Source: Candidatus Velthaea sp.
GTDB lineage: Bacteria; Vulcanimicrobiota; Vulcanimicrobiia; Vulcanimicrobiales; Vulcanimicrobiaceae
Direction: 5' to 3'
Assembly (NCBI GenBank): GCA_050012475.1
Contig: JBEKHC010000047.1
Span: forward strand, 1-37,441
DNA: 37,441 bases
The position numbers were made by a program, and so were the translations under genes. Shown here piece by piece: positions 1 through 10,642 of this stretch (positions are counted from its first letter, which is position 1; the number at the start of each line of letters is the position of its first letter). The notes beneath the pieces are model-generated. The model searched no databases. It saw only the letters and a list, made by a program, of their open reading frames with translations, and was not told where the DNA came from.

Positions 1-1054
1 TTCCCGGCCGCGCCGTGTAGAAATGCAATAAACCGCGGGCGATCAAGGGTTCGAGGTCGATGCCGATCGAGCGCATGTTGCGCAAGACTTCGTCGGTCGA
101 TTGTTCGGAAGCAATGTAGAGCGCGCGTTCTTTGCGTTCGCACGTTGCGCGCACGAAGTGCGCTGCCATGCTGCTCTTCCCCGTCCCGGCGCCGCCGGAA
201 AGCAGGATGCTCGTCCCGCGGAAAAAGCCCTTCCCGCCCAGCATCGTGTCCAGGCGCGGGATGCCCGTCGGAATGCGGTCCGTCGGCGCTTTGTGTTCCA
301 GCTTCAAGGAACTCAACGGCAAAACCGACAGCCCGGTCTTCCCGATCAAGAACGGATATTCGTTCGTTCCGTGCACGCTGCCGCGATATTTGACGACGCG
401 CAACCGGCGGATCGACGTCTGATCTTCGACGCGATGGTCGAGGAGAATCACACAATCGGCCACGTATTCTTCGATGCCGTGACGGGTCAGCGTGCCGTCG
501 CCCGTTTCGGCGGTAATCACGGCGCTGACCGCTTTCGCTTTGAGCCAGCGAAACAGCCGCCGGAGTTCGGCGCGCACGATATTGGCGTTGGCAAAGCCGG
601 AGAACAGGGACTCGATGGTGTCCAGAACGACGCGCTTCGCACCAACGGTGTCGATGGCGTGCTGCAGACGAATGAAGAGACCCTCGAGATCGTATTCGCC
701 CGTTTCCTCGATTTCGCTGCGCTCGACGCGAACGTGGTCCATGAATAGTTTTTTGCGCGCGCACAAGGCCTGAAGATCGAAGCCCATCGAAGCGACGTTG
801 AGCCTCAACTCTTCATCAGATTCCTCGAACGACATGAAGACGCCAGGTTCGCCGAATTCGGTAATCCCGCGTACGAGAAACTCCATCGCCATGATGGTTT
901 TGCCGCAGCCTGCTTTGCCGCAGACGAGCGTGGGACGTCCGCCAGGAAACCCGCCTTCGGTTATTTCATCCAGGCCGACGATGCCGGTCCGGCATTTGGT
1001 GATTCCAGGCGTCGGCGCCGGAACGGCCGCGCGCTTCGGTGCGTGATTCGGCAT
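1..1054 (-). CDS. kaiC: Circadian clock protein KaiC family ATPase (two RecA-like domains), 3'-truncated at window edge
   Basis: Manual translation from ATG 1054 (GGAG SD upstream): MPNHAPKR...TGIVGLDEITEGGFPGGRPTLVCGKAGCGKT (CI Walker A)...FMSFEES...RVVLDTIE...EEYVADCVILL...RRLRVVKYRGSVHGTNEYPF...TGIPRLDTMLGGKGFFRGTSILLSGGAGTGKS (CII Walker A). No stop codon inside the window. Confidence 0.93.
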   Translation of the reverse strand, partial: MPNHAPKRAAVPAPTPGITKCRTGIVGLDEITEGGFPGGRPTLVCGKAGCGKTIMAMEFLVRGITEFGEPGVFMSFEESDEELRLNVASMGFDLQALCARKKLFMDHVRVERSEIEETGEYDLEGLFIRLQHAIDTVGAKRVVLDTIESLFSGFANANIVRAELRRLFRWLKAKAVSAVITAETGDGTLTRHGIEEYVADCVILLDHRVEDQTSIRRLRVVKYRGSVHGTNEYPFLIGKTGLSVLPLSSLKLEHKAPTDRIPTGIPRLDTMLGGKGFFRGTSILLSGGAGTGKSSMAAHFVRATCERKERALYIASEQSTDEVLRNMRSIGIDLEPLIARGLLHFYTARPG

Positions 1055-1514
1055 CTGAACTCCAAGGCAATCGGACTGCGAACTGCTGCTGATGCGTCAG
1101 GCGACGTAAGCGCAAAAACGTTGACGCAGTCGAGCCGCCGGGTTTGGTGCCGGCGCTTTGTTCGATGAGCGACGCAAGCTGTTGCAGCTGCGCAATTCGC
1201 CGCGCCGACATGGAAACGGCACAGTCGTTCGTCGGCGGTGCATCATCGTTAGCGCACATCCTTTCGGTCGAAAAGCAATCGACCGGCACCGCTTTACCTT
1301 AATTGAAAGCGAGGCCCTTTTCAACCAATGGCCGCGTCCATCGGTAAACTTATCGAACGTCGGCTCAGCAAGGTAAGCACGGCGGTCTTGCGATGTCTTT
1401 GCCGACCGATTGTTGATCTCTCGCGACGCGCGGCGACTCATGCCGCCCGCACAAGCAGACGGACGCCGCGAGTGCGGCGCCCGTTTGACCGATGAGTAGC
1501 GGGAGGCTGCGGAA

Positions 1515-3191
1515 TTAGCGGACGCCGGTTGCCTCAGCCGTCGTGAACACGCGCTGCATGACCGCAACGCCGCTGCCGTTCTTGGCATGTCCGTTGCTGC
1601 CCGCCGCCGTCGCGGCAAAAGGCGCACCGCTGGATTTCACGCCGGGAACATTGTCGGTTGCGTTGCGCGTGCTGCCCGGAGCCGGCTTGTTGGGAAGCGG
1701 CGGCAGTTTGCGCGCCTGTTCGACGTCGATGCCCAGGCCGCCGGCGACCCGCGTACCGTAGTCTTCGTCGGCGTGCAAGAAATGCCAGACCATGCGGTGC
1801 TGGATTCGCGGATCGGCTTTCTTGAGGTTGGTCACCAGGTTCTCGATGAGGTCGTTGCGATGCCGATCGTCGAAAGCACGGTAGATCTCGCCGGCCTGCT
1901 TGTAGTCGTCTCCGGTGCGGTCCTCGACGTATCGCCCTACGTCGCCGGCGATCGACGGACGATACTCGGTCACGTCGTCGGGTGCTTCGATAACGCCGCC
2001 CAGGATGCTCGGCTCGTAATTGACGTGCGGGTTCGTCCCGCCTGCGTCTTGCACGCGGGTCATGGAGCCGTCGCGCTGATTGGTGTGGACGTCGCGCTTG
2101 GGCGCGTTGATCGGGAGCTGCTGATAGTTCGGGCCGACCCGGTAGCGCTGCGTGTCGGAATACGAGAACGTCCGGCCTTGCAGCATCTTGTCGGCCGAGA
2201 ACTCGATGCCGTCGACCTTGACGCCGGTGCCGAACGCCGACTGCTCCGACTCGGCGAAAAAGTTCTCGGGCTTGCGGTTGAGCACCAGACGCCCGACTTT
2301 GCGCAGCGGGAACTGCGACTCGGGCCACTGCTTGGTGTCGTCGAGCGGATCGAAGTCGAGTTCCGGATGCTCGCTGTCGGCCATGATCTGAACGCAAAAC
2401 TCCCACTCGGGGAAATTGCCCGCGTCGATCGCGTCGTACAAGTCCTTGGTCGCGTGGCTGAACTCTTCTTTTTGAATTGCCGCAGCCTCGGGCGTCGTGA
2501 GCGAACGAACCCCTTGCTTGGGGATCCAGTGGAATTTCACTAGCACCGCGTTGCCTTGATCGTTGACGAGCTTGTAGGTGTTGACCCCGGCGCCTTCCTG
2601 CTCGCGATAATTAGCGGGTATGCCGCGCGGGCTGAAGAGCAGAGTGATCATATGGATCGATTCGGGCGTCTGGCTGATGAAGTCGAATTGCCGATTCGGT
2701 TCTTGCCGGTTCGTAACCGGATCAGGCTTGAACGAGTGGATGAAATCGGGGAACTTGATGGCATCGCGGATGAAGAAGACGCGCAAGTTGTTGCCGACCA
2801 GATCCCAGTTGCCGTCTTCGGTGTAGAACTTAACTGCGAAGCCGCGCGGGTCGCGCAGGGTCTCCGGCGAGTCCTTGCTGTGGATGACGGTCGAGAAGCG
2901 AACGAAGACCGGCGTCTGCTGGCCCTTCGTCTGTAACAGTTTCGCCCGCGTGTACTTGCTCGCCGGTTCGTCGCCGATCGTTCCGTACGCCTCGAAAAAC
3001 CCGTGCGCGCTGGCGCCGCGCGCGTGCACCACGCGTTCGGGCACGCGCTCGCGATCGAAGTGCGCGAGCTTCTCGATGAAGTTGTAATTCTCGAGGGTGG
3101 CTGGGCCCTTGGGGCCGACCGTGATCGTATTCTGGTTGTCGCGGACGGGATGCCCTTGGCGATTCGTCAGAATCGGCTCTTGATCGCTCAT
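1515..3191 (-). CDS. katX: Monofunctional heme catalase (small-subunit, KatX-like)
   Basis: [15 protein letters not shown] (distal His), [43 protein letters not shown] (proximal Tyr). N-terminus [13 protein letters not shown] resembles Bacillus KatX; the symbol is less certain than the family call. Confidence 0.95.
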   Translation of the reverse strand: MSDQEPILTNRQGHPVRDNQNTITVGPKGPATLENYNFIEKLAHFDRERVPERVVHARGASAHGFFEAYGTIGDEPASKYTRAKLLQTKGQQTPVFVRFSTVIHSKDSPETLRDPRGFAVKFYTEDGNWDLVGNNLRVFFIRDAIKFPDFIHSFKPDPVTNRQEPNRQFDFISQTPESIHMITLLFSPRGIPANYREQEGAGVNTYKLVNDQGNAVLVKFHWIPKQGVRSLTTPEAAAIQKEEFSHATKDLYDAIDAGNFPEWEFCVQIMADSEHPELDFDPLDDTKQWPESQFPLRKVGRLVLNRKPENFFAESEQSAFGTGVKVDGIEFSADKMLQGRTFSYSDTQRYRVGPNYQQLPINAPKRDVHTNQRDGSMTRVQDAGGTNPHVNYEPSILGGVIEAPDDVTEYRPSIAGDVGRYVEDRTGDDYKQAGEIYRAFDDRHRNDLIENLVTNLKKADPRIQHRMVWHFLHADEDYGTRVAGGLGIDVEQARKLPPLPNKPAPGSTRNATDNVPGVKSSGAPFAATAAGSNGHAKNGSGVAVMQRVFTTAEATGVR

Positions 3192-3347
3192 GCTGAAAGT
3201 CTCCTACAAAAGTTTCGCGGACCCGCCGCCGCCGTGCCGGGCGTGCCGGAGCGATTCGCGCTAGGTGGATGTTCCCGTCTGGGCAACGGCTAATCCGCGC
3301 AGCAATGGCCGGCAGTCGCCGGAGCGCGGGCGGGCGAAGGCAGCGGC

Positions 3348-3704
3348 ATGACCCTATTGGCCCGACTGGCGGCAAGCGCGCTCTTTCTGAGCAGCGGCAC
3401 GCTGCATTTCGTCAAGCCGGAGATCTTTCGCGAAATCGTCCCGCCGGCGTTGCCCAACCCCGCGGCACTCGTGGCGATCAGCGGCGCGGCCGAACTTGCC
3501 GGCGCCGTCGGATTATGGATACCCGCAATGCGCCGTCCGGCCGCGTTCGGCCTCATCGCCTTGCTATTCGCGGTGTTCCCAGCGAACGTGTACATGGCCC
3601 TCGAACACGAACGCTTCGCGCGCTTGGCGCCCGCATGGGTGCTCTACGCGCGCTTGCCTCTGCAAGTCGTTCTGTTGGCTTGGGTCTGGCTGCTCAGAAA
3701 ATAA
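3348..3704 (+). CDS. DoxX-like small membrane protein
   Basis: 118 aa, hydrophobic; GTLHF..P..F..IVP, SGAAELAGAVGL, VFPANVYMA and RLPLQ motifs typical of this family. Confidence 0.8.
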   Translation: MTLLARLAASALFLSSGTLHFVKPEIFREIVPPALPNPAALVAISGAAELAGAVGLWIPAMRRPAAFGLIALLFAVFPANVYMALEHERFARLAPAWVLYARLPLQVVLLAWVWLLRK

Positions 3705-3791
3705 AGCAGAACGCGCCGCTGTTTGCGGCGCGTTCTTTGCGGATTTGCCCGGTGGAGAGTCGAGCGACATCTCGGCGAACCTGAAACGTCG

Positions 3792-3886
3792 CCGCGGCTT
3801 GCGGCGCAGCCGCAAACGCCGCGCGCGGCTCGGCCCGAAGGGCCGAACGCCATGGATTCGCGGCGCGTTCAGCGCCGCGAATCCTG
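3792..3886. repeat. REP-like multi-hairpin element, copy A (between convergent DoxX and hppA)
   Basis: 3846-3886 is the exact reverse complement of 25432-25472 (41 bp). 3792-3820 is the reverse complement of 22548-22576 (29 bp). Contains the 13-bp stem GGATTCGCGGCGC/GCGCCGCGAATCC. Confidence 0.8.
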
Positions 3887-5998
3887 CTAGTGGACGACGA
3901 AGCCCACGAGCAGCAGCGCAACGATGTTGAGCACCTTGATCATCGGGTTGATTGCCGGGCCGGCCGTATCTTTGTACGGATCGCCGACCGTATCGCCGGT
4001 GACTGCCGCGGCGTGCGCCGCCGAGCCTTTGCCGCCGTAATTGCCGTCTTCGATGTACTTTTTGGCGTTGTCCCAAGCGCCGCCGCCGCTGGTCATCGAG
4101 AGGGCCAAGAAGAGCCCGGTGACGATCGAGCCGACGAGCACGCCGCCGAGCATTTTGGCGCCGCCGTTGTTGGGCAGAATGAAGCTCAGTAGGACCACCA
4201 CAATCGGCACGCCGACCGGGATGAGCGCGGGGAGCACCATTTCTTTGAGCGCCGCGCGGGTCACGATGTCGACGGTCGTCCCGTAATCGGGCTTCTCCGT
4301 CCGATCCATGATGCCGGGTTTCTCACGGAATTGGCGGCGGACTTCCTCGACGACTGCGCCGCCGGCGCGGCCCACCGACTCCATCGAGAGCGACGAGAAC
4401 AGATACGGCAGCAAGCCGCCGACGAACAGGCCGGTCAGCACGTAGGGATCTTGCAAGCCGAACGTGATCGGCGTCGTCGAGCAGGTGAGAACGGTGTCCG
4501 CTTTGCAGCGGTCGCTCAGCTCTTGCAGGAACGAGGCGAAGAGCACGACCGCGGCAAGCGCGGCCGAACCGATCGCATAACCTTTGGTGACGGCCTTGGT
4601 CGTATTGCCGACCGCATCGAGCGGATCGGTGCAGTCGCGTACGCTCTGGGGCATCTCCGCCATTTCGGCGATGCCGCCGGCGTTGTCGGTGATTGGACCG
4701 AACGAGTCGATCGCCACGACGATACCCGCCATCGAGAGCATCGACATGACCGCGATGCCGACGCCGTAGAGGCCGGCGAAACCATATGAGATCAGGATGC
4801 CGACGACGATGACGATCGCGGGCAGCGCGGTGGCCTGCATCGAGACCGCCAAACCGCTGATGATGTTGGTCGCGTGTCCGGTGATCGAGGCGTGCGCGAT
4901 GCTGCGTACCGGTCCGAACTGCGTGCCGGTGTAATACTCGGTGATGTACGTGATCAGCCCGGTGACGGCCAGACCGACCAGCGCGCAGATGAAGATGCCG
5001 AAGGCCGTGATCGTCAACGAGCCGACGGTGACCGGCGTGCCGAATTGCCATTGAGCGACGAAGAAGAAGCCGATCGCCGAGATGACGCCGGCGACGATCA
5101 TCCCGCTGTAGAGCGAGTTCATGATCGTGTTCTTTTCGACTTTGCCGCTGCCGACGACCAGGGTGCCGATGATCGACGAGACGATCGAGAGCGCGCCCAT
5201 CACGAGCGGGAACGTGGTCGCGCCGACGACGTTGCCGAGGACGAGATGGCCGAGCAGCATCGAGGCCGTCGTCGTGACGACATAGGTCTCGAACAAATCG
5301 GCGGCCATCCCGGCGCAGTCGCCGACGTTGTCGCCCACGTTGTCCGCGATGACCGCGGGATTGCGCGGGTCGTCTTCGGGAATGCCCGCTTCGACTTTAC
5401 CGACGAGGTCGGCGCCGACGTCGGCGGCCTTGGTGAAGATGCCGCCGCCCAGACGCGCGAACACCGAGATGAGCGAACAGCCGAAGGCGAGTCCGATCAG
5501 CGCGGCGAGCGAGAGCGTCTGATTGTCCGCGTTCACCTTGAGCATGATGTCGTAGTAGCCCGAGACCGCGAACAGTCCGAGTCCGACGACGAGCAGACCG
5601 GTAACGGCCCCACCGTTAAATGCTAGTTTGAGCGCGGGCTTGAGGCCGCCGCGCGCGGCCTCGGCGGTGCGGACGTTTGCGCGCACCGACACCAGCATGC
5701 CGATGAAGCCCGCCGCGCCCGAGAGCACCGCGCCAATCAAAAAGCCGACGGCGGCTTCCCAGCCCAGCGGCTGCGGACATACTAAAATAACAATGAACAA
5801 AACGACGGCGACGATGCCGACCGTCGTGTATTGACGCTTGAGGAACGCCATCGCGCCCTCTTGAATGGCCGCGGCGATTTCCTGCATCACGGCGTTGCCC
5901 GCAGGCTGTTTCAATACGAACGAGATGAGATACACGCCGTACAGAATTGCGAGAATGCCGGCCCCGAGGCCCAGACGGATTCCGATATGTGGATCCAC
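3887..5998 (-). CDS. hppA: Membrane-bound H+-translocating pyrophosphatase, K+-independent type
   Basis: [68 protein letters not shown] carries the Lys that marks K+-independence. Start set at GTG 5998 (AAGGA SD) rather than the ORF-track start at 6187. Confidence 0.95.
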   Translation of the reverse strand: MDPHIGIRLGLGAGILAILYGVYLISFVLKQPAGNAVMQEIAAAIQEGAMAFLKRQYTTVGIVAVVLFIVILVCPQPLGWEAAVGFLIGAVLSGAAGFIGMLVSVRANVRTAEAARGGLKPALKLAFNGGAVTGLLVVGLGLFAVSGYYDIMLKVNADNQTLSLAALIGLAFGCSLISVFARLGGGIFTKAADVGADLVGKVEAGIPEDDPRNPAVIADNVGDNVGDCAGMAADLFETYVVTTTASMLLGHLVLGNVVGATTFPLVMGALSIVSSIIGTLVVGSGKVEKNTIMNSLYSGMIVAGVISAIGFFFVAQWQFGTPVTVGSLTITAFGIFICALVGLAVTGLITYITEYYTGTQFGPVRSIAHASITGHATNIISGLAVSMQATALPAIVIVVGILISYGFAGLYGVGIAVMSMLSMAGIVVAIDSFGPITDNAGGIAEMAEMPQSVRDCTDPLDAVGNTTKAVTKGYAIGSAALAAVVLFASFLQELSDRCKADTVLTCSTTPITFGLQDPYVLTGLFVGGLLPYLFSSLSMESVGRAGGAVVEEVRRQFREKPGIMDRTEKPDYGTTVDIVTRAALKEMVLPALIPVGVPIVVVLLSFILPNNGGAKMLGGVLVGSIVTGLFLALSMTSGGGAWDNAKKYIEDGNYGGKGSAAHAAAVTGDTVGDPYKDTAGPAINPMIKVLNIVALLLVGFVVH

Positions 5999-6213
5999 GA
6001 TAATCCTTAAGAGAAAACACAAGACTACATCAAACAGCTCGATCGAATGCGAGCGCTTTTGTCTTTCCCATCTCGCGTTTTCCGCCGTTCTCTGATGCTC
6101 CTTTGCGGCGCAGGGGATCGTCGGGCGGTGACGAGATTCGCGGCGCGAGCAAGTTCCTGCATTTTTGCGCTGTGTAAGACACCGCACCGCCGGCCAAGAA
6201 GGTTTGCCGGCGT

Positions 6214-7410
6214 ATGGAATCGACTGACTTTCTGATCGTCGGCTGTGGTCCGGCAGGCGGCATCGCCGCGCGTGAGGCCGCGCGCGCGGGCGTATCCACC
6301 GTCGTTTTGGAACGCGATCCAGTGGTCGGCGCCAAGCGCGTGTGCGCTGCCGGACTGCGGCCGGGCTTTTGTGAAACGTTCGATCTGCCGCGCTCGATCG
6401 TGCACTGCAATCCGCCGTTCATCTCGATCACGACGGCCAAGCGCAGCTACGCGTACGCGGTCGGGACGGCCCATACGACGACGCGCGAGGAACTCGACGG
6501 CGCCATCGGCGATCTCGCCCGCGGCGCCGGAGCGGAGATTCGCACGGGGAGCCTGTTCCGCTCGCTGGAGCGCCAAGCCGGCGGCGTCGTGGTCGAATAT
6601 GCGGATTACCGCACCGGAGCCCGCAAGCAGATCCGAGCCCGGTCGGTCTTCCTGGCTCAGGGATCGAGCGCCCGGTTGGATGCCGTCGATCCCCGCTTCG
6701 CCCACCCCGGCTGGGATGCCGGCCTCATCACCTGCCTGCAGTATCGGGTCTATCCCCAGCAGCGGGCGATCGATTACGCCTACCACGTGCTGGAGATGCA
6801 CTACTACGTCGGGGCGAAGGGGCGCAACGTGATCGCTTGGATGTTCCCCAAGCGCGATCATCTGTCGATCGGATTGGGCATCCAAGCCAAAATCCCGGGC
6901 AGCGAATTGCGGGCCGAACTCGATGCATTTCTGCCGCGCGTTGCGGCGCGGCTCTTCCCCGGGATCCCGTACACCTTGCGCCAGGAAGGGAACCTGCTCT
7001 ACGGAGGGCTGCCGCGTCCGACGATCGGCGTTGACCGGGTCATGGTCGGCGGGACCGCCGCTGGCCTGGTCGATGCGACCACCGGCGAAGGCATTCACGA
7101 AGCGGCGACGACCGGGCGTTTGGCCGCAGAAGCAGCGGCGAGATTTCGCCGCGGCCGGCTGCGCGATCCGGCCCGCAGTTACGAACGCGCGACGAAAAGC
7201 GCATTCTACGGCCGCTTGCGGCATCGCCAAAAGCTCATGGCGTTCCTCGAACGCAAGCCCGCTCGCTTCGATACCTTGTTCGAGCAGCTTGAAGGCACGC
7301 CGGCCTTTGCAAACTTGCTGCAACACGATCGAAACGATTTCACGACCGCGCAGTGGATGTATCTCTATGCGCAAGCGGCGAAGTTCTATCTGCGCGCCGT
7401 GCGCGCTTGA
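6214..7410 (+). CDS. Geranylgeranyl-reductase-family FAD-dependent oxidoreductase
   Basis: N-terminal GCGPAG dinucleotide fold, CAAG (cf. PCGG), [19 protein letters not shown]. Confidence 0.8.
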   Translation: MESTDFLIVGCGPAGGIAAREAARAGVSTVVLERDPVVGAKRVCAAGLRPGFCETFDLPRSIVHCNPPFISITTAKRSYAYAVGTAHTTTREELDGAIGDLARGAGAEIRTGSLFRSLERQAGGVVVEYADYRTGARKQIRARSVFLAQGSSARLDAVDPRFAHPGWDAGLITCLQYRVYPQQRAIDYAYHVLEMHYYVGAKGRNVIAWMFPKRDHLSIGLGIQAKIPGSELRAELDAFLPRVAARLFPGIPYTLRQEGNLLYGGLPRPTIGVDRVMVGGTAAGLVDATTGEGIHEAATTGRLAAEAAARFRRGRLRDPARSYERATKSAFYGRLRHRQKLMAFLERKPARFDTLFEQLEGTPAFANLLQHDRNDFTTAQWMYLYAQAAKFYLRAVRA

Positions 7411-7413
7411 AGC

Positions 7414-8433
7414 ATGCTCAAATTCATCGTCGACCGGATCGTTCGGCTCGCGTGCGTCCTCATCGCCATCACGATCGCGAGCTTTCTTTTCATGCACGCG
7501 ATCCCGGGCGATCCGGTGCAATTGCGGCTCGGCGAACACGCCACGCCGCAAGAGATTGCGCGTTTGACGCTCCAGCTAGGCTTGGACCGGCCATGGTACG
7601 TGCAGCTCGGCGCCTATCTCGCGAGCGTCGCGCACGGTGATTTGGGCGTGTCGATCGCCGATACCCAGCCGGTGGCTGAGAAACTCGCCCAGTATTTTCC
7701 GGCCACGCTCGAACTGACGCTGGGGGCGATGCTCGTTGCGACGGTGCTGGGAATACCCGCCGGGGTGTTTGCTGCGATTCGCCACGGCAGCGCGCTCGAC
7801 GCGCTCACGATGAGCAGCGTGCTCCTGGGCGTGTCGATCCCGGTTTTTTGGCTGGGCTGGATGCTGGTCTACGTGCTGGCGGTCGTGCCGTCCCATTTCG
7901 GGCTGAACTTGTTTCCCATTTCCGGCCGCATCTCGCTCAATTACTTCGTGCCGGCGCGGACGCACCTGGTGGTTCTCGACGCACTGTTGGCCGGGAACGG
8001 CCGGGCGGCGCTCGATGCGGCTTGGCACTTGGTGTTGCCGGCGCTGACCTTGGGCACCATACCGCTGGCCATCGTCGCCAAGATCACCCGCAGCGGCATG
8101 CTCGAAGTGCTCGGCAGCGATTATATTCGCACGGCTCGGGCTAAAGGATTGAGTCGATCCGCCGTTATCATCAAGCATGCACTGCGCAACGCGCTCATCC
8201 CGATCATCACGGTGCTCGGGCTGCAAACAGGGTTGCTGCTGGGTGGAGCCGTGCTGACGGAGAGTATTTTTGCCTGGCCCGGCGTCGGGCGCTTGGCGTT
8301 CGATGCGATCTCCAATCGCGACATGCCCCTCATCAACGGCTGCATGCTGCTGTTCGCTGCGGTTTTCGTCGTCGTCAACACGGCGGTCGACCTGCTCTAT
8401 GCGGTTGCGAACCCGCGTATCCGTTACGGTTAG
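7414..8433 (+). CDS. Peptide/nickel ABC transporter permease (DppB/OppB family)
   Basis: IPGDP, LGLDRPWYVQ, GDLGVS, FPATLEL, EAA loop DYIRTARAKGL, HALRNALIP, TESIFAWPGVG, DLLYAVANPRIR. Confidence 0.93.
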   Translation: MLKFIVDRIVRLACVLIAITIASFLFMHAIPGDPVQLRLGEHATPQEIARLTLQLGLDRPWYVQLGAYLASVAHGDLGVSIADTQPVAEKLAQYFPATLELTLGAMLVATVLGIPAGVFAAIRHGSALDALTMSSVLLGVSIPVFWLGWMLVYVLAVVPSHFGLNLFPISGRISLNYFVPARTHLVVLDALLAGNGRAALDAAWHLVLPALTLGTIPLAIVAKITRSGMLEVLGSDYIRTARAKGLSRSAVIIKHALRNALIPIITVLGLQTGLLLGGAVLTESIFAWPGVGRLAFDAISNRDMPLINGCMLLFAAVFVVVNTAVDLLYAVANPRIRYG

Positions 8434-8536
8434 CTGATGGGTCCGTGCTCGGCTTCCCCAGCTGCTCAGCGGCGGCGCACTTCCCGCGCCGCGTCGCCCG
8501 GCCGTTGCCGGCAGCTGGCTCGGTAGGGGCGGTTCG

Positions 8537-9379
8537 GTGTCGAACTTCGCGATCTCGGACGACGATTTTCGGCTGCTGCGCGACATCATCCGCGAGCGGT
8601 TCGGCATCTTTTACGACGACCAAAAACAGTTTCTGCTGCTGAGCCGCTTGCAAACCCGGCTCTCGAAGCGTTCGTTCACCAACTATGCCGAGTATGTAAA
8701 GTTTTTGCGTGGCGGCGCCGACCGCGAGGCCGAGTTTCGCGATCTCGCCTCGGTCCTGTCGAACAACGAAACGTACTTTTTTCGCGAACGCGCGCAGGTC
8801 AAAGCGCTGTGCGGGAACATCCTGACCGAACTGCAGGCGGCATCACCCCGGCTGCGTGTCTGGTCAGCGGCTTGCTCGAGCGGAGAAGAGCCGTACTCCT
8901 TGGCGATGTCGCTGCTCGAAACCGGCCGGATCGCCGACTCGAACATCTCCATCCGGGCGACGGACATCTCACCGCGCGTGCTCGAGATGTGCGAACGCGG
9001 TTTCTATCGCGCATTGTCGTTCCGCGCGACCGAACCGGCGATGGTGCAGCGCTACTTCACCGTCTCGGGCGACGGCTTCGTGATCGCCGACCGGATCAAG
9101 CGGCTCGTGCAATTCGGCACGCTCAACCTGATGGACGATCGCAAGGTGGCCGCGTTCGGCCCGTTCGATGCGATCTTCTGCCGCAACGTGCTCATCTACT
9201 TCGATAAGCCGACGCAGAAACGCGTCGTCGAGTCGTTCGCGCGCGCGCTTCGCTCCGGCGGCTATCTCTTTTTGGGCCACGCCGAGTCGCTGTTCGCGCT
9301 CACCGATCTGTACGAGCCGGTCGTCCAGCCCGAGTCGATCGTGTACCGCTTGCGCAGCCCGGGCGGGGGACGAACATGA
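8537..9379 (+). CDS. cheR: Chemotaxis protein-glutamate O-methyltransferase CheR
   Basis: NETYFFRE, RVWSAACSSGEEPYS, ATDIS, FDAIFCRNVLIYFD, GGYLFLGHAES. Confidence 0.95.
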   Translation: MSNFAISDDDFRLLRDIIRERFGIFYDDQKQFLLLSRLQTRLSKRSFTNYAEYVKFLRGGADREAEFRDLASVLSNNETYFFRERAQVKALCGNILTELQAASPRLRVWSAACSSGEEPYSLAMSLLETGRIADSNISIRATDISPRVLEMCERGFYRALSFRATEPAMVQRYFTVSGDGFVIADRIKRLVQFGTLNLMDDRKVAAFGPFDAIFCRNVLIYFDKPTQKRVVESFARALRSGGYLFLGHAESLFALTDLYEPVVQPESIVYRLRSPGGGRT

Positions 9380-10521
9380 CGCCGGCCCGCATCCGGGTCT
9401 TGGTCGTCGACGATTCGGGATTCATGCGCCGCGCGATCACGAAAATGCTCGCTAGCGCCGAGGACATCGAGGTCGTCGGTTCCGCGTCGACGGGTGAAGA
9501 AGCGCTCACGCTGGAGCCCCAGTTGCGGCCCGATATCATCACGATGGATGTCGAGATGCCGGGGATGGGCGGCCTCGAAGCCGCGCGGGCGATCATTGCG
9601 CGCCGGGGTCCGCCGGTGATCATGATTTCGTCGCTGACGCGCGAGGGCGCCGAGACCACGTTGCGCGCACTCGAAATCGGCGCCGTCGACTTCATCCCCA
9701 AGCCCGATTCCGCGACAATCGACATCATCCGCGTCAAAGACGATCTCATCGAAAAAGTGCGGTTGTTCGGAACGCGCTTTGCCCTCCGCCGAACGCTGAC
9801 GACACGTTTGGCGCCCCCGCCTGCTCCGCGTCCGAGCAGCGCGCCAGCCGCCCCCGCCGTCACGGCACCGGCGCAGCCCCCGTCGCCCGCGCGCGTCGCG
9901 CCGGTTGCGAGCGCCGGCGGCCGGCGCATCGGACCCTTCGAGTGCGTCGCAATCGGAACATCGACCGGCGGTCCCGTCGCGCTCGCGACGGTGCTCCCGA
10001 AATTGCCGGCGTCCTTTCCGCTGCCGATTCTCATCGTCCAGCACATGCCGCCCGGCTTTACCAAAGCGCTCGCCGATCGGCTCAATGCCGCAAGCGAGAT
10101 CGCCGTCGTCGAAGGGCAGAACGGAATGCGGCTCGAGCGCGGCACGGCGATCATCGCGCCGGCTGGCCAACAGCTGACGCTGCGCCGCAGCGGCGCCCAC
10201 GTCGAGGTGCGCTTGGACGCCGACTTGCGCAAGTCGCTGCACGTTCCGAGCGTCGACGTGCTGGCTGCCGCCGTCGGCGAAACGTTCGGTGCCGCGTCAC
10301 TAGGCGTCATCCTTACCGGTATGGGACACGACGGCGTCAGCGGACTAGCGGTCATCAAGAAAAACGGCGGCTACGTGATCGGACAAGACGAAGCCAGCGC
10401 CGTCGTGTACGGCATGCCGCGTGCGGCAGCCGTTGCAGGTTTGGTCGATCGCGTCGTGGCGTTGAACGACGTTGCTCGCGCGTTGTGCGACGTCGCGGGC
10501 GCTGCTTACACTGTCCGGTAA
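9376..10521 (+). CDS. cheB: Chemotaxis response regulator methylesterase CheB
   Basis: Intact receiver (VVDDS, TMDVEMP, FIPKP), Pro/Ala linker, methylesterase motifs GTSTGGP, QHMP and LTGMGHDG; 4-bp overlap with cheR. Confidence 0.96.
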   Translation: MTPARIRVLVVDDSGFMRRAITKMLASAEDIEVVGSASTGEEALTLEPQLRPDIITMDVEMPGMGGLEAARAIIARRGPPVIMISSLTREGAETTLRALEIGAVDFIPKPDSATIDIIRVKDDLIEKVRLFGTRFALRRTLTTRLAPPPAPRPSSAPAAPAVTAPAQPPSPARVAPVASAGGRRIGPFECVAIGTSTGGPVALATVLPKLPASFPLPILIVQHMPPGFTKALADRLNAASEIAVVEGQNGMRLERGTAIIAPAGQQLTLRRSGAHVEVRLDADLRKSLHVPSVDVLAAAVGETFGAASLGVILTGMGHDGVSGLAVIKKNGGYVIGQDEASAVVYGMPRAAAVAGLVDRVVALNDVARALCDVAGAAYTVR

Positions 10522-10642
10522 TTTAAGGCGCTCGATCTTACCGTAGTTGTACGAAGCGGCCCAAAAACTCAGGGGAGGCCGACATATCCGATAGGAAAGT
10601 CTACGCAAGCGTGGACGACTCGTCTATGTTTGGAGTTCGCTC

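Noticed and set aside
101..748. 215-aa plus-strand ORF, and other long antisense ORFs such as 6025-7551, 17607-19118 and 20887-22440
   Set aside because: Shadow ORFs opposite well-supported genes, expected in high-GC DNA; no motifs.
966..1289. 107-aa minus ORF as a possible kaiA/kaiB-like partner
   Set aside because: Overlaps the kaiC start out of frame and has no Kai motifs.
6214..7410. bchP/chlP and therefore phototrophy
   Set aside because: Lacks the KPCGGAIP signature and there are no photosynthesis genes in the window.
10568..10594. Possible autoregulatory sigma28 promoter before fliA (TCCGATAG)
   Set aside because: The -35 position reads CTCA/TCAG, too far from TAAA to support a call.
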